DNA of 64,000 bases from a virus. The notes under the pieces are model-generated. The model did not search any database. It had not been told where the DNA came from and saw only the letters and a program-made list of their open reading frames with translations. Every line of letters begins with the position of its first letter. The stretch's first letter is position 1. A program made the translations under genes and the position numbers. Below are positions 20,701 to 31,599 of this stretch, one piece after another. The stretch spans positions 1-64,000 of the IMG/VR virus record IMGVR_UViG_3300032241_002679; one strand, given 5' to 3'.

Positions 20701-22161
20701 TAATTTATAGCATTTATTTCCAGAATCATAAATTCTATAAATTTTTCTGTTGATCATGATTTCATGTTCAGATTTATCTGAATTATAACCCTGTTCAATT
20801 AGAACATTTTTTCTAAAATTAAATCTATATTTTCTTTTGTCATTATCTATATAATAATAATTGGGTCTGCTATTATGACTAAATTCAAAGCCTAATTTTT
20901 CGTATAAATTACCATTGGACCATCTTCTGTCAGCATAGCTTATTATTTCATTTGGATTATAATTTCTAATAAAATATTGAAGTAGTTTATTAGCACCTCC
21001 AATTACGGTGGTATCCAATTTATTACAGAATCTTAATAATTCATATGAATTATTTGATTTATTTTTACCCATTGTTTTTCTTAAAGAGCCAAATGTCATT
21101 ATACCGATTAATTCATCATTATAATATAATCCTATTTTTATTTTAGCGTTTACATGTCCCTGAATATGGTTTAATTCTAAAAATTCTTTTGTTTTTTTAT
21201 TATCTATTTCTTTAATAATACATTTTCTTGCGTGTATTTTATTAGATGTGAGTCCTAATATATTTTTAAGTCTTGATCTAACAATATCCTGTTTATATAC
21301 CCATTCATCCTCAAATATATGAATTAATCTTATGCCTTGTTTTTCACAAGCAATTGTTTTATTAAGATGATAATTTTTTAATTTAAATTTTTCACTATGC
21401 CAATATAACCCATTGAACTCAATTGCGAGGTTATGACTAGGTATATAGATATCTAATTCTTGTTTATCTAATATGTTTCTATTTTTTAATTCTACATTAA
21501 TATTGAATGATTTAATGAAGTCTGAAATATCATTTTCTGCTTTAACATTTTTCAATGAACATTTTAAACAGCCCTGTTTTTGTGATAAATGATTTTTTGG
21601 TGTCTGTTCAAATTCACCATGTATTGGGCATATTAATTTAATATTTGTATATGAATTAATATATTCTGATAATGAATAGTCATATTTGTTTTTATTAATT
21701 TCTTTGGATTCATTAATAAATTCTTCTGTTAATTTTGTATTTTTTAAATAACCGCAAAGTTTACAGCCATATTTTATATGTGCGTTAGGAGTCTGTTCAA
21801 ACTCACCATGTATTGGGCATATGATTTTAACTCTGTCTTTATTTGTCTTATAATTTACCAAAGAATAATCATATTTATTTCCATGAATTTTTATTGATTT
21901 TTTAATAAAATCATCAATAGTATTTCTAAATAAATTTGAATTTTTATTATAACCGCAATTTTTACATCCTTGGCCTTTTATATGTTTATATGGAGTTTGT
22001 TCAAATTCACCATGTATTGGACATATTATTTTAATCTTAGTATCTGTATTAATATAATTTACTAAAGAATAATCATATTTATTATTATGAATTAATTTAG
22101 CTTCATTAATAAATTCTTGTGTCGTTTTTTTTATATTTTTATTAGAAGTTCCACTCATCAT
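20680..22161 (-). mobile_element. Free-standing endonuclease with three KYDYS..ICPIHGEFEQTP..H..GC zinc repeats (DUF723-like) and a PD-(D/E)xK-type domain
   Basis: ELDIYIPSHNLAIEFNGLYWHS, IHIFEDEW, SYADRRWS; overlaps the 3' ends of the polymerase and neck genes. Confidence 0.8.
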
Positions 22162-25100
22162 CTATTTCTCCTTTATTATCCGATATGATTATATCTTCTT
22201 TTAATTCAATATCATTTAAATTATTTTGATTTTCTTCTGTATTAGTATATATACTATAAATCTTTTCTTTAATAACAATATTATTCTGTTTTTTATATTC
22301 TAACCATAATTCATATTTATCATCAGAATCAATATTTGATAAATCATACCATTCATTTCTCTGTATTGCTTCATTCTCATACTTAAAAATATCGAGTAAA
22401 TGACCTAGGGTAAATTCCCATTTTTTAGAAATAAGATTACCATCGTCATCAATATTTGCAATTGCCATAATACTATCAGGAAGTATATTTGTATCGGATA
22501 TATCATTTAATTCTTCCAATTCCAAGCGTCTAATAATATCATCAAATTTTTCAATTTCGTATTTAATTCCTTCTTCACGCTTTGTTTCTATTTTATTATT
22601 ATAATCATTCTTAATTAATATCCATTCTTCTTCGGAAATATTATTAGGAATTTTATTTACATTATTCCAGAATTTTATTTCTTTATCCTCCATTGTCATT
22701 AATTCTTCATAAGAATCTTGTTCATCCGCTTTATTTGGTAAACCAGATACTAATTTACATTGATCATCAGTAAAAATATTACGCCCATCAAGCTTTTCTA
22801 CTTTTGTTTTTTTATCTTTCTTAATTTTCAATAAAATTTTATTTCTAATATCAGGATGAAAACAGACCAATAATGGTTTAACTTTATTATTAAATGCCTC
22901 TAAATATTTTTCTACATTATATTCATCTGTCAATAAATCCTTTTCTAATTCATTTATTTTATTTTTTATAATATCAATATTTTCAGTATCATTTGGATCG
23001 GTATTCTTTATGGTTTTTTTCAATGATTCTATTTCTTTGATTATTTCCATATTGTTTTCAACTACATTTGAATCAATTAATTTGCAATTCAATTTTATAC
23101 CCTTATTAATAATTGACGTGTTTGTATCATTATTAATTTCGTATTGTAGTTCTTTTTTATTTAATTTAATTTTCTTCTCAACAATTTTTTGAGCATCACC
23201 ATCAGTTTTTTTTGTCCCTATATTGACATAATATATTGTATCACCTAAATTTATTTTTAGATTATGTTTAATGGCTAATTCCATATGAGCTTGTGGTGGT
23301 AAATTATTGCCAATTTTATTTTTTTTAGTTGATCTTAATTTATAATCACTTAATGAACTTTTTACTTTTGATTTAGATGCAATTTTAACAATAGGAATGT
23401 TATAATTATAAATCATATCAACATATTCATAATAATAATTTATAAATTCTTTTCCCTTCCCATCCAATAAGAGTCTAATAGCATTATCTAAAAAATCCTC
23501 AATATACACAGGCATTTTTTTATTTTTAATGCTATTACCGACAAATTTAATTTTGCCTTCTATATCAGTGGCATAATTTTTTCTTGAAAAATTAATTGTT
23601 GAATTACATATTTCATCAATATCCAATCCCATTCGACCACTCATGTATGTCTCATTAAATTCAGCCAGTACAGCATTCAAACCGACTAATTCCTGATTAG
23701 CATAATTAGTCGTTTTCCAATGGCTTCCTTTGGTTAGATATTTTACATTATCTATATTTTCAGGAAATTTAAAGTTAACACCATCAGTATCGAGTACTAA
23801 TGGTTTAAATCCATATTTTTCGGTAAAATACCTAACCATTAATCTTAAATACTGCCTTCCACGACAAGTAGTTTCTTCGGCACAATTTGTATCACCCCAA
23901 TTAAAAATATAAGGAGCACCATAAGCACCGAACCAAGAATTAGCAAGAATTTTTAATGGTAATTGTTTTTTATCATATAGATTAACAAGTGCTTTATTTT
24001 TTTTATATTCTTCCTCTAATTCATTTCTTTTTTCAGAAGAATGGGTGTTATTATCGATTTCTTTTTTTAGTTTTTTTACTATTCCCTTATAATTCTCTGT
24101 TAAGAATTTAAATTTATCACGAGTATCCACAATATAGGTCAACATTCCCTTCATTACACCACTAATATCCAAATCAGGAAAAATATCATGTGTCAATTGA
24201 TTTTTTGGGTAAAGAGCGGCATAGTCCATTTTAACTACATTCTTAGAATATCCGACTTCAAGTAATCTTGATAAACCACCAGTAAACTCTCTTTTAGATT
24301 GTGTCTCTGGTATTGCAAGATTATTTTCATATGACCAAGCGGCCATAATTAATTTCCATTGGCTAGCAGTACCCATTGTAGTACTTCTGCTATATGTCGT
24401 TGGTAATAATTTAGATATTAGAAATGCCGCTTGGTTGAAAATGATATCAATTTGTTCTGTTTCCCATAAGTCATCAAGAAGATATCTTTCAATAATATAT
24501 GATCCATTAACAACTTTATAATTGTCTTTTAATGGCGTTTTATCGGATATTTTATACCAATTACCATTTTCATCATTGAATGCATATTGATTTTTTTTAT
24601 CAGACCAGACACTATATATTTTATCTCCCTTAACATATACACGATTCTTTTTTGCAATATCAGAATATTTTGTAATATATTTAAGGCCCCAACTTTTAAT
24701 ATTAGAATTTATTGCTTGGGCTCTACGTACACTATGTGCAATATCAATTATATTATGGCCATACATGTATGTTTGGTTAAACGATTCCATTTCATTCCCT
24801 AATTTAAGAATACTTTGTTTTCTTTTCAAGGGAGAAATGCCATCAAGCCCAACAGCTATATCATCTAATTTAAGATTTAATCTTTCTGCTCTATCAAGTA
24901 TGAATTTCCAGTCAAAAGATTCTGAGTTATAGCCAGAAATAATATCTGGTTTTAATTCATTAATTTTATTAAAAAATTTTATAATATTTTTTCTTTCACA
25001 GTCTCTTTTTTCTTGCGGTGTTTCACCAATGGTATCCAAAACTTCTTCATAATTTCTATTATCCCTCATTCCTATTTGGAAAATAGCATCTTTTTCACCA

Positions 25101-25627
25101 TTTAATCCCTCCGTCTCTAAGTCAAACTGAAATCTATGTAAATCATTATAATCATCCATGCCTTTAAATAAACGAATCCCTGATTGAATCATGAATTGTT
25201 CAACTGGCGTAAACATAAAAAATAATTTACTATATTCTTTATTAAATAAATCTACGCCACCATTTTTGAAAAATAATATTAAATCATTATAAGAACCCGA
25301 AGTTGTTGCTAAAAATTTATAACCATTTTCAAGTCTATCTGGTGAAAAACCATTTGAGTCTGAAGTAATTAGCTTTTTTGTGCGTATTTTAAATTTATCT
25401 TTAGCCTTTGCTATGACATCTCTTTTACCTCCATATAAATAATTTTTTACGTCATCCTTAAACCATAAAAATGGTTTATATTTGTATTTTTGAATAAATT
25501 TGCCCTTAAGTGGATCATTTATAATAAGATTTACATATGGATCTGAATAATTTGCCTCAATTCCAATGACATATTTTAACGGATTATTACCATTTAAGAA
25601 ATTTTCAATAATTTCGGGGCTAACCAT
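22142..25627 (-). CDS. polB: Family B DNA polymerase
   Basis: ExoI FDLET, ExoII GYNSESFD, motif A DYAALYP, motif B KILANSWFG, motif C LDTDG; ATG 25627 preferred as start. Confidence 0.93.
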   Translation of the reverse strand: MVSPEIIENFLNGNNPLKYVIGIEANYSDPYVNLIINDPLKGKFIQKYKYKPFLWFKDDVKNYLYGGKRDVIAKAKDKFKIRTKKLITSDSNGFSPDRLENGYKFLATTSGSYNDLILFFKNGGVDLFNKEYSKLFFMFTPVEQFMIQSGIRLFKGMDDYNDLHRFQFDLETEGLNGEKDAIFQIGMRDNRNYEEVLDTIGETPQEKRDCERKNIIKFFNKINELKPDIISGYNSESFDWKFILDRAERLNLKLDDIAVGLDGISPLKRKQSILKLGNEMESFNQTYMYGHNIIDIAHSVRRAQAINSNIKSWGLKYITKYSDIAKKNRVYVKGDKIYSVWSDKKNQYAFNDENGNWYKISDKTPLKDNYKVVNGSYIIERYLLDDLWETEQIDIIFNQAAFLISKLLPTTYSRSTTMGTASQWKLIMAAWSYENNLAIPETQSKREFTGGLSRLLEVGYSKNVVKMDYAALYPKNQLTHDIFPDLDISGVMKGMLTYIVDTRDKFKFLTENYKGIVKKLKKEIDNNTHSSEKRNELEEEYKKNKALVNLYDKKQLPLKILANSWFGAYGAPYIFNWGDTNCAEETTCRGRQYLRLMVRYFTEKYGFKPLVLDTDGVNFKFPENIDNVKYLTKGSHWKTTNYANQELVGLNAVLAEFNETYMSGRMGLDIDEICNSTINFSRKNYATDIEGKIKFVGNSIKNKKMPVYIEDFLDNAIRLLLDGKGKEFINYYYEYVDMIYNYNIPIVKIASKSKVKSSLSDYKLRSTKKNKIGNNLPPQAHMELAIKHNLKINLGDTIYYVNIGTKKTDGDAQKIVEKKIKLNKKELQYEINNDTNTSIINKGIKLNCKLIDSNVVENNMEIIKEIESLKKTIKNTDPNDTENIDIIKNKINELEKDLLTDEYNVEKYLEAFNNKVKPLLVCFHPDIRNKILLKIKKDKKTKVEKLDGRNIFTDDQCKLVSGLPNKADEQDSYEELMTMEDKEIKFWNNVNKIPNNISEEEWILIKNDYNNKIETKREEGIKYEIEKFDDIIRRLELEELNDISDTNILPDSIMAIANIDDDGNLISKKWEFTLGHLLDIFKYENEAIQRNEWYDLSNIDSDDKYELWLEYKKQNNIVIKEKIYSIYTNTEENQNNLNDIELKEDIIISDNKGEIDDEWNF

Positions 25628-25643
25628 AATAACTATTTTTTTA

Positions 25644-25651
25644 CAAATATA
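25644..25651 (-). promoter_or_regulatory. Bacteroidota-type -7 promoter element TATATTTG upstream of the polymerase
   Basis: Matches TAnnTTTG, 16 nt before ATG 25627. Confidence 0.55.
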
Positions 25652-25664
25652 CAAAATAAAGTTT

Positions 25665-25694
25665 AAAAAAAAACCCTTTATTTAAAAGGGTTTT
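25665..25694 (-). terminator. Intrinsic terminator after the ArdC-like gene
   Basis: AAAACCCTTT/AAAGGGTTTT stem with a T-run on the minus strand. Confidence 0.7.
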
Positions 25695-25714
25695 AACAAA
25701 AATATGGCTTAATT

Positions 25715-26953
25715 TTATAAATATTCTTCTGCAATCACATCTCCCTCAGCCAATTCATCAATCTGGTCAATTATATACTTTGCAACCTTTCTAATGGTTT
25801 CCATGTTTTTTGTGATTGCCTCTTTATTACCCTTCCATAAATAAATATATGTTGAATGATGTTGAACTGGAATATTAAAATGTTTCATTACTACATATGA
25901 TACACTTTCAGCCTGTAACTCTTTCAATTTTTTATCAGATTTTATTTCATCACCCTGATAAAATTTTGATGAAGGCCAATGCATTAACTCGTGCGCCAAT
26001 TCATGTACAAGTGTTGAAACTTCACCAGCACCCTCTACGCCTGAAGACATATTTATATGTCCACCAGCAGAATAACCATTTTCACCGCCTCTAGCATCTG
26101 ATTTAGTTAATTTAATATTTTCTTTTTCTATTACTTGAGATACATATTTGTATAATTTTTGTGTCAATTCAGTTGGTGAAGTTTCACTAAACCATTCAGG
26201 TTCACTAGGAATATCTTCAGTACCTGCAAAAGGTTTTGTATCAGCAATATCATAAACTTGTACCGCTTTAAAACCAACTAATCTATTGTCTCTAACCGCT
26301 GAATCTAAACCTTCATCACCTAAATCACTACCCTTTTTTTTCTTATTTTTATCTGTAAATATTGGTCTAAAAATCCATATACCACGTGCGTCAGCTACAA
26401 CATATCGATTTAATTTTTTTCTCCAATCTTCCCTACCAGCTACCTTAGTTGCATCTGGCCTTTGAATTAAAATTAAAATATTATTTGAAAAACTGTAAGA
26501 ATGAAATTTTGATTGAAAAGTTAAATATCTTCTTATTGCAGCATCTGTTGCTTTTTCATCAGTTGCTTTTCCTAAATCATCAATGTAAGAAGTTAATTTT
26601 GATGTTAAGCTTTTAGAATCTGTAATTGTACCATCCTTTATTACATAATCTTTTATATCTTCCAATGAATTTATAAATTCATCTGTTTTATTAATAAAAT
26701 TTAATCTATCTTGCGCTTGTTTAAAATTAGTAGAATCCGTTACCCATACTTTTTTAAAGGTATCCCATTTGAATAAATTATCCTGTTTAATTTTTTCTTT
26801 ATTTTTATAAGTCTCGTCACCCGCTTCTTTGGGATTTTCTTTATCAGAAACTACAACTAATTGATCCTTTTCAGGTTCATTACCACTTGATGGTGTTTTT
26901 AATCTTTTAAGTTTTAAAAGTTCGTCTAATTTTTTCTTAATTACACTTTTCAT
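25715..26953 (-). CDS. ArdC-like ssDNA-binding domain plus zincin metallopeptidase (polyvalent-protein type)
   Basis: YSFSNNILILIQRPDATKVAG, VYDIADT, LVHELAHELMH, ELQAESVSY. Confidence 0.8.
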   Translation of the reverse strand: MKSVIKKKLDELLKLKRLKTPSSGNEPEKDQLVVVSDKENPKEAGDETYKNKEKIKQDNLFKWDTFKKVWVTDSTNFKQAQDRLNFINKTDEFINSLEDIKDYVIKDGTITDSKSLTSKLTSYIDDLGKATDEKATDAAIRRYLTFQSKFHSYSFSNNILILIQRPDATKVAGREDWRKKLNRYVVADARGIWIFRPIFTDKNKKKKGSDLGDEGLDSAVRDNRLVGFKAVQVYDIADTKPFAGTEDIPSEPEWFSETSPTELTQKLYKYVSQVIEKENIKLTKSDARGGENGYSAGGHINMSSGVEGAGEVSTLVHELAHELMHWPSSKFYQGDEIKSDKKLKELQAESVSYVVMKHFNIPVQHHSTYIYLWKGNKEAITKNMETIRKVAKYIIDQIDELAEGDVIAEEYL

Positions 26954-26956
26954 AAA

Positions 26957-27328
26957 TTATTTTTTAATGTCTGCGTCAAGTACGTTTATATAGAGTTGTT
27001 CTCTAATAGGGACAATTAATGTTCCAGTACCATCCAAAAATGTTATTTCAAATTGAGCAATATATCTACCAGCTTTTTGTGTATCATGTTCACTGAATTG
27101 ATATACTAAATAATATTGGTCACCCATACAATTTGACGGTGTTAATAATGATGTACTAGCTGGTTTTTTACCAATTCTTTTGATACCAGTTATAACATCA
27201 GTCATACTGAATGTTATATTTGCATTCTGTATTTGATCATAAAATTTACGAAAGTCATTTCTTCCATCTTGTATAAGCTCCAGCTTCAATGGATTTAATG
27301 TTGCCCCCTTATTTATAAAAAATTCCAT
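26957..27328 (-). CDS. BppU-like baseplate/fibre adaptor domain protein
   Basis: FFINKGATLNPL...VYQF...DT..AGRYIAQFEITF...P pattern. Confidence 0.55.
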   Translation of the reverse strand: MEFFINKGATLNPLKLELIQDGRNDFRKFYDQIQNANITFSMTDVITGIKRIGKKPASTSLLTPSNCMGDQYYLVYQFSEHDTQKAGRYIAQFEITFLDGTGTLIVPIREQLYINVLDADIKK

Positions 27329-27368
27329 AATTCTGATATTTTAATTTTATTATTATTTTCTCTTATAT

Positions 27369-30300
27369 TTATTTACCTCTGACTAATGTACCGTTAAATA
27401 AAACACCATATGCTTGGTTTGTTTCTGTCTGTTGATTTACACTACTTCCTTGTAATGCCCAAAACTCAACATAATCTGTACCACCACTTAAATAAATAAG
27501 ATGATTAACCCCTATGGCTACACCAGCACTACTAACTGGTGTTCTATTTCCACGTTTAAATTCATTTCCATTTTTATATATTGAGCATATAAAAGCTGAT
27601 GTTGAAATTGAACCAGTAAATGACGCAATTGATACATATCCATTTATTTGATAATAACCAGCTATTTGTGGGTTAAATCTAAAGGTTGAATTATTATAAG
27701 CATTACCTATATTATATTCAATAGTATCAGCCGACAATTTTATCGGTGTGCCATTGCCAGGTATTATATTAGGAATACTAGCCCAAGCACTAAATGCGGG
27801 ACTACTCGAACCAATATTGTTACTATGAATAATACCATTTCCATCTATAGTTAAATAACTAGTATCTCCAGTATTTGCGCTTAACCCTACTAATTTTAAC
27901 GGATTTGTAGTAGCTGTTACTGTTAAACCACTTGTGAAAATACCATTACCCAATACTTGTAATCTATAGCCTAGATCTGGTTGATTATTTGGTTGAAATG
28001 GATAGCCAATAATAGTGTTTTGAGTGGAAGTACCCAATATTTGTACATTATTTAATTTAGTATAAAACGGCTGTACATTAAATGGGCTTCCCAAACTATA
28101 AACAGCGGTACCAATAATAGTTGTATTAGTAATACTTGATATAGCTGAACCAGCCGCTTGTGCACCTGCACCTATTGCAATAACTTGATTCATAAAACCA
28201 ATATCATTATTATAATAACCAGATTGATCTCCAATAAATGTATTAGTAAAACCAGTAGATAATCCGCCACCAGCATCATTACCAATTGCTGTATTATTAC
28301 CACCAACTGTGAGATATTCCATCGCCCATATTCCATACCCAGTATTATATTGGCCAGTAGTAACGGCATTCATAGCCCTATAACCAATACCAGTATTTCC
28401 TCTAAATCCATAAAGTCCATTAGTTGTTAGCGATTGAAGAACATTGCGACCAATTGCTATTGTACCATAATCAGTATTCGTTCCATTTGTATATCCCGTC
28501 CAATTAAGATTTGTTGTTCCTATATAGATATGTGGTCTAATTCCTCCATATCCATTATACAGTGTAATTAATGGGGTATTATTACTGTAATTTATAATAT
28601 TAAATATATCACCACCACTATTATATGATTGCTGATTTATATTTATTGCGCCATAAAAATTACTATTTCCACTTACATCTAATTGATATTGAGGTGTCGG
28701 ATTATTAATACCTATATTACCTCCACTAAATACTAAGTTATTAGGTGTTGTTGATGAAGTAAATGTAAGTTTATATGAGGATAATCCTATCGTTCTATTT
28801 GAATTCAATACACCATCACTATTATATATGTTTATAGTATTACCAGTTAGACCACTTATTGTTGTTGTATGAACAATACCATTTGTATCTATTGTTAATA
28901 AACTTGTATCAGTATTATTTTGTAATCCTTCTATTTTAATTGGATCTGTTGCTGCGGATATATGCAATGCATTACTTGGATTAATCACATTAATCCCTAT
29001 ATTTGCATTGGATACGCCTGTATATGGTTCACCTCCTATATTTGAATATAATCCAGTACCAAATAATACACCGCCTATATTAAGACTATTTGCGGTATCA
29101 TCCGCTAAAGTAATATTTGTACCAATAATAATATTATTAGAACCTATTCCATTTGTATTATTTATATTATAAGCCGTTTGATACCCAATTAGTGTAGAAT
29201 AAGACGCATTACTAGCATTATAACCAGCATTATGGCCAAAGAAGTTTGAATTAGATGCATTTATGGCAAAACAACCAGCTTGATACCCCAAGAAATTACT
29301 ATCATTAGCATTAGTAGCCTGTAAACCAGTTTGGAAACCAAAGAAATTACCGTTATACGCATTTGTAGCACCAAATTCAAGATATCCACCAGCCGAATCA
29401 CCAAAAAAATTACTATTATATGCATTATGGGCATATAAACCAGCACTTGGGCCAATGAAATTTGACCCAAAAAATCCATTAACTCCAGTACCAGTTATAC
29501 CATAACCACTACTTGTTCCTAAAAAGTTTGAACCAGATGCATAAATAGCTTGAAACCCAGCATCATTACCAAAAAAGTTTGAATAAAATGCATTAATAGC
29601 ACTATTACCAGCATTTTGGCCGAAAAAGTTTGAATCATGTGCACTAACAGCCCCATTACCAGCACTATTCCCAAAAAAGTTTGAATAATATCCAGAAGTA
29701 GCCGAAGAACCAGCTTGATACCCCAAGAAATTACTATCATTAGCATTAGCAGCATAAATACCAGCCTCAACTCCAATGAAATTTGAATTGAATGCATTAG
29801 TGGCTTGATTACCAGCTACGTAACCTAAAAAGTTTGAATATGATGCACTTGTTGCATCATAACCAGCACCCTGCCCCAAAAAATTTGAATAAAATGCATT
29901 AGTAGCATTAAAACCAGCTTCATTTCCTAAGAAATTTGAATATGATGCATATGTAGCATTAACACCAGCATAATCACCAATAAAAATTGATTGATTTGCA
30001 TATGTAGCATTCTGGCCAGCATTATTGCCATATACGAACATATCATTTCCAAGTGCCTGTGCACCATCACCTATTGCTATGGAACCAGCATTTCCAACAA
30101 TTGGAGAAACACTTGGTGAACCACTATATTCGCTATACCATTTTAATGATGTTGTAGAAAATCCAGTAATACTTATTGTATCGCCACTTAAATCTATAAG
30201 AGTTAATGTACCAGTTTGATTATCATATGTACCACCAGTAATAGGTGCATAACTAGTACCACCGCTTAGACTTGTAACATCCAATGTCAATGTTGAATTA

Positions 30301-30467
30301 TCATATCTCGTTAAAACAACTTTAGCTCCTAAGACATTGGCACTTTTTATTGCCAATCCCTTTAGAAATATCATATTATTATCTAAATCAGCAAAGCTCA
30401 ATACACTACCTTTGGTAATATCATTGTATGGACTTGTTAACGATCTTAATGTTAAATTATTTGGCAT
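27369..30467 (-). CDS. Fibre/adhesin with ~16 17-aa SNFxG repeats and a C-terminal C1q-like head
   Basis: KGSVLSFADLDNN anchor; repeats; AFSAW...FNPQIAGYYQING...DYVEFW C-terminus. Confidence 0.7.
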   Translation of the reverse strand: MPNNLTLRSLTSPYNDITKGSVLSFADLDNNMIFLKGLAIKSANVLGAKVVLTRYDNSTLTLDVTSLSGGTSYAPITGGTYDNQTGTLTLIDLSGDTISITGFSTTSLKWYSEYSGSPSVSPIVGNAGSIAIGDGAQALGNDMFVYGNNAGQNATYANQSIFIGDYAGVNATYASYSNFLGNEAGFNATNAFYSNFLGQGAGYDATSASYSNFLGYVAGNQATNAFNSNFIGVEAGIYAANANDSNFLGYQAGSSATSGYYSNFFGNSAGNGAVSAHDSNFFGQNAGNSAINAFYSNFFGNDAGFQAIYASGSNFLGTSSGYGITGTGVNGFFGSNFIGPSAGLYAHNAYNSNFFGDSAGGYLEFGATNAYNGNFFGFQTGLQATNANDSNFLGYQAGCFAINASNSNFFGHNAGYNASNASYSTLIGYQTAYNINNTNGIGSNNIIIGTNITLADDTANSLNIGGVLFGTGLYSNIGGEPYTGVSNANIGINVINPSNALHISAATDPIKIEGLQNNTDTSLLTIDTNGIVHTTTISGLTGNTINIYNSDGVLNSNRTIGLSSYKLTFTSSTTPNNLVFSGGNIGINNPTPQYQLDVSGNSNFYGAININQQSYNSGGDIFNIINYSNNTPLITLYNGYGGIRPHIYIGTTNLNWTGYTNGTNTDYGTIAIGRNVLQSLTTNGLYGFRGNTGIGYRAMNAVTTGQYNTGYGIWAMEYLTVGGNNTAIGNDAGGGLSTGFTNTFIGDQSGYYNNDIGFMNQVIAIGAGAQAAGSAISSITNTTIIGTAVYSLGSPFNVQPFYTKLNNVQILGTSTQNTIIGYPFQPNNQPDLGYRLQVLGNGIFTSGLTVTATTNPLKLVGLSANTGDTSYLTIDGNGIIHSNNIGSSSPAFSAWASIPNIIPGNGTPIKLSADTIEYNIGNAYNNSTFRFNPQIAGYYQINGYVSIASFTGSISTSAFICSIYKNGNEFKRGNRTPVSSAGVAIGVNHLIYLSGGTDYVEFWALQGSSVNQQTETNQAYGVLFNGTLVRGK

Positions 30468-30471
30468 ATTT

Positions 30472-31515
30472 TTAAATTAATCTAATTTTTATTGTTCCAC
30501 TTGTATGATATAACCCGCCTATTGGTATACCATTTGCTGCGGCTATTGCATCATTTTCATAATTCAAATTAATTACCTGTGGTAAAATAATTGTAGCTGT
30601 TGTACCACTAATCAAATCTACTCTAAATGCATCAGCTCTATTATTATCATCAGAACCACAGCCTATTATTGCAATATTATTATTTGTATTTCCTATTGTA
30701 TTATATCTACCTGAAACATGTTGAAAATCTATTTCTGAAATTGTATTATTTCCTTCGGCATGAGAAGCAAATCCAAGTGTTATAGTGTTATTTCCCTCAG
30801 AATGTGAAGAATTGCCAATACTAAAATTAGTATGTCCTTCAGAATGGGATGCATTGCCATAAGCAAAATTATTATACCCCTCTGAATGTTGATAATTAGA
30901 TGGAAATATATCATCAGTAATTACTGAAGCACCAATTAACGCATCTTCTGAATTTATATTTTCATTTAATACTATAATTGTATTTGTATCATTAAAACTA
31001 ACTGAATTAGTTTTAATTATTTTAATTTCATTTACAGAATCATAATATAATATTTGAAGACCATTTGATAAGATATAAGTAATCTTTGATGAAACATCGC
31101 CATAATTCTCATCCAATGTTATAATACCATTAACTACACTAGAAGAATGATAAGCATATAATCCAGCGACACTTAAATATCCTTCAGAATGTGAAAAATT
31201 ATTAACTGATATGGCATTAAATCCATTTTCTAAAGTAGAGGCTGAAATAGATGGTGCACATAAAGAACCAGTCATTGTATCACCAGTTAAACGAACATAA
31301 GCACCACCAATACCATCATTATTTATTGGAACTGTTATAATGGAACCGTCTATTTTTTTTAATGTAAGTATATCACCATTCCAATCGGCACTTTTAATAG
31401 CCAATCCCTTTAAATGAATCAGATTATTATCTAAATCAGTATGGCTTAATATACTACCTTTAGTAATATCACCATGTGGACTTGTAATTGTCCTAAGAAT
31501 CAAATTATTAGACAT
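30472..31515 (-). CDS. Fibre-like protein with 14-aa SHSEG (trimeric-adhesin-head-like) repeats
   Basis: N-terminus paralogous to 30467; SHSEG/SHAEG at 14-aa spacing; ATG 31515 preferred as start. Confidence 0.65.
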   Translation of the reverse strand: MSNNLILRTITSPHGDITKGSILSHTDLDNNLIHLKGLAIKSADWNGDILTLKKIDGSIITVPINNDGIGGAYVRLTGDTMTGSLCAPSISASTLENGFNAISVNNFSHSEGYLSVAGLYAYHSSSVVNGIITLDENYGDVSSKITYILSNGLQILYYDSVNEIKIIKTNSVSFNDTNTIIVLNENINSEDALIGASVITDDIFPSNYQHSEGYNNFAYGNASHSEGHTNFSIGNSSHSEGNNTITLGFASHAEGNNTISEIDFQHVSGRYNTIGNTNNNIAIIGCGSDDNNRADAFRVDLISGTTATIILPQVINLNYENDAIAAANGIPIGGLYHTSGTIKIRLI

Positions 31516-31599
31516 TTTTATGTATTTTTTATAATCTAATTTTTTAATAAAACTAGACTTATACATAAATATGTAATAAAACCCTAAGTGTCAGATTAT

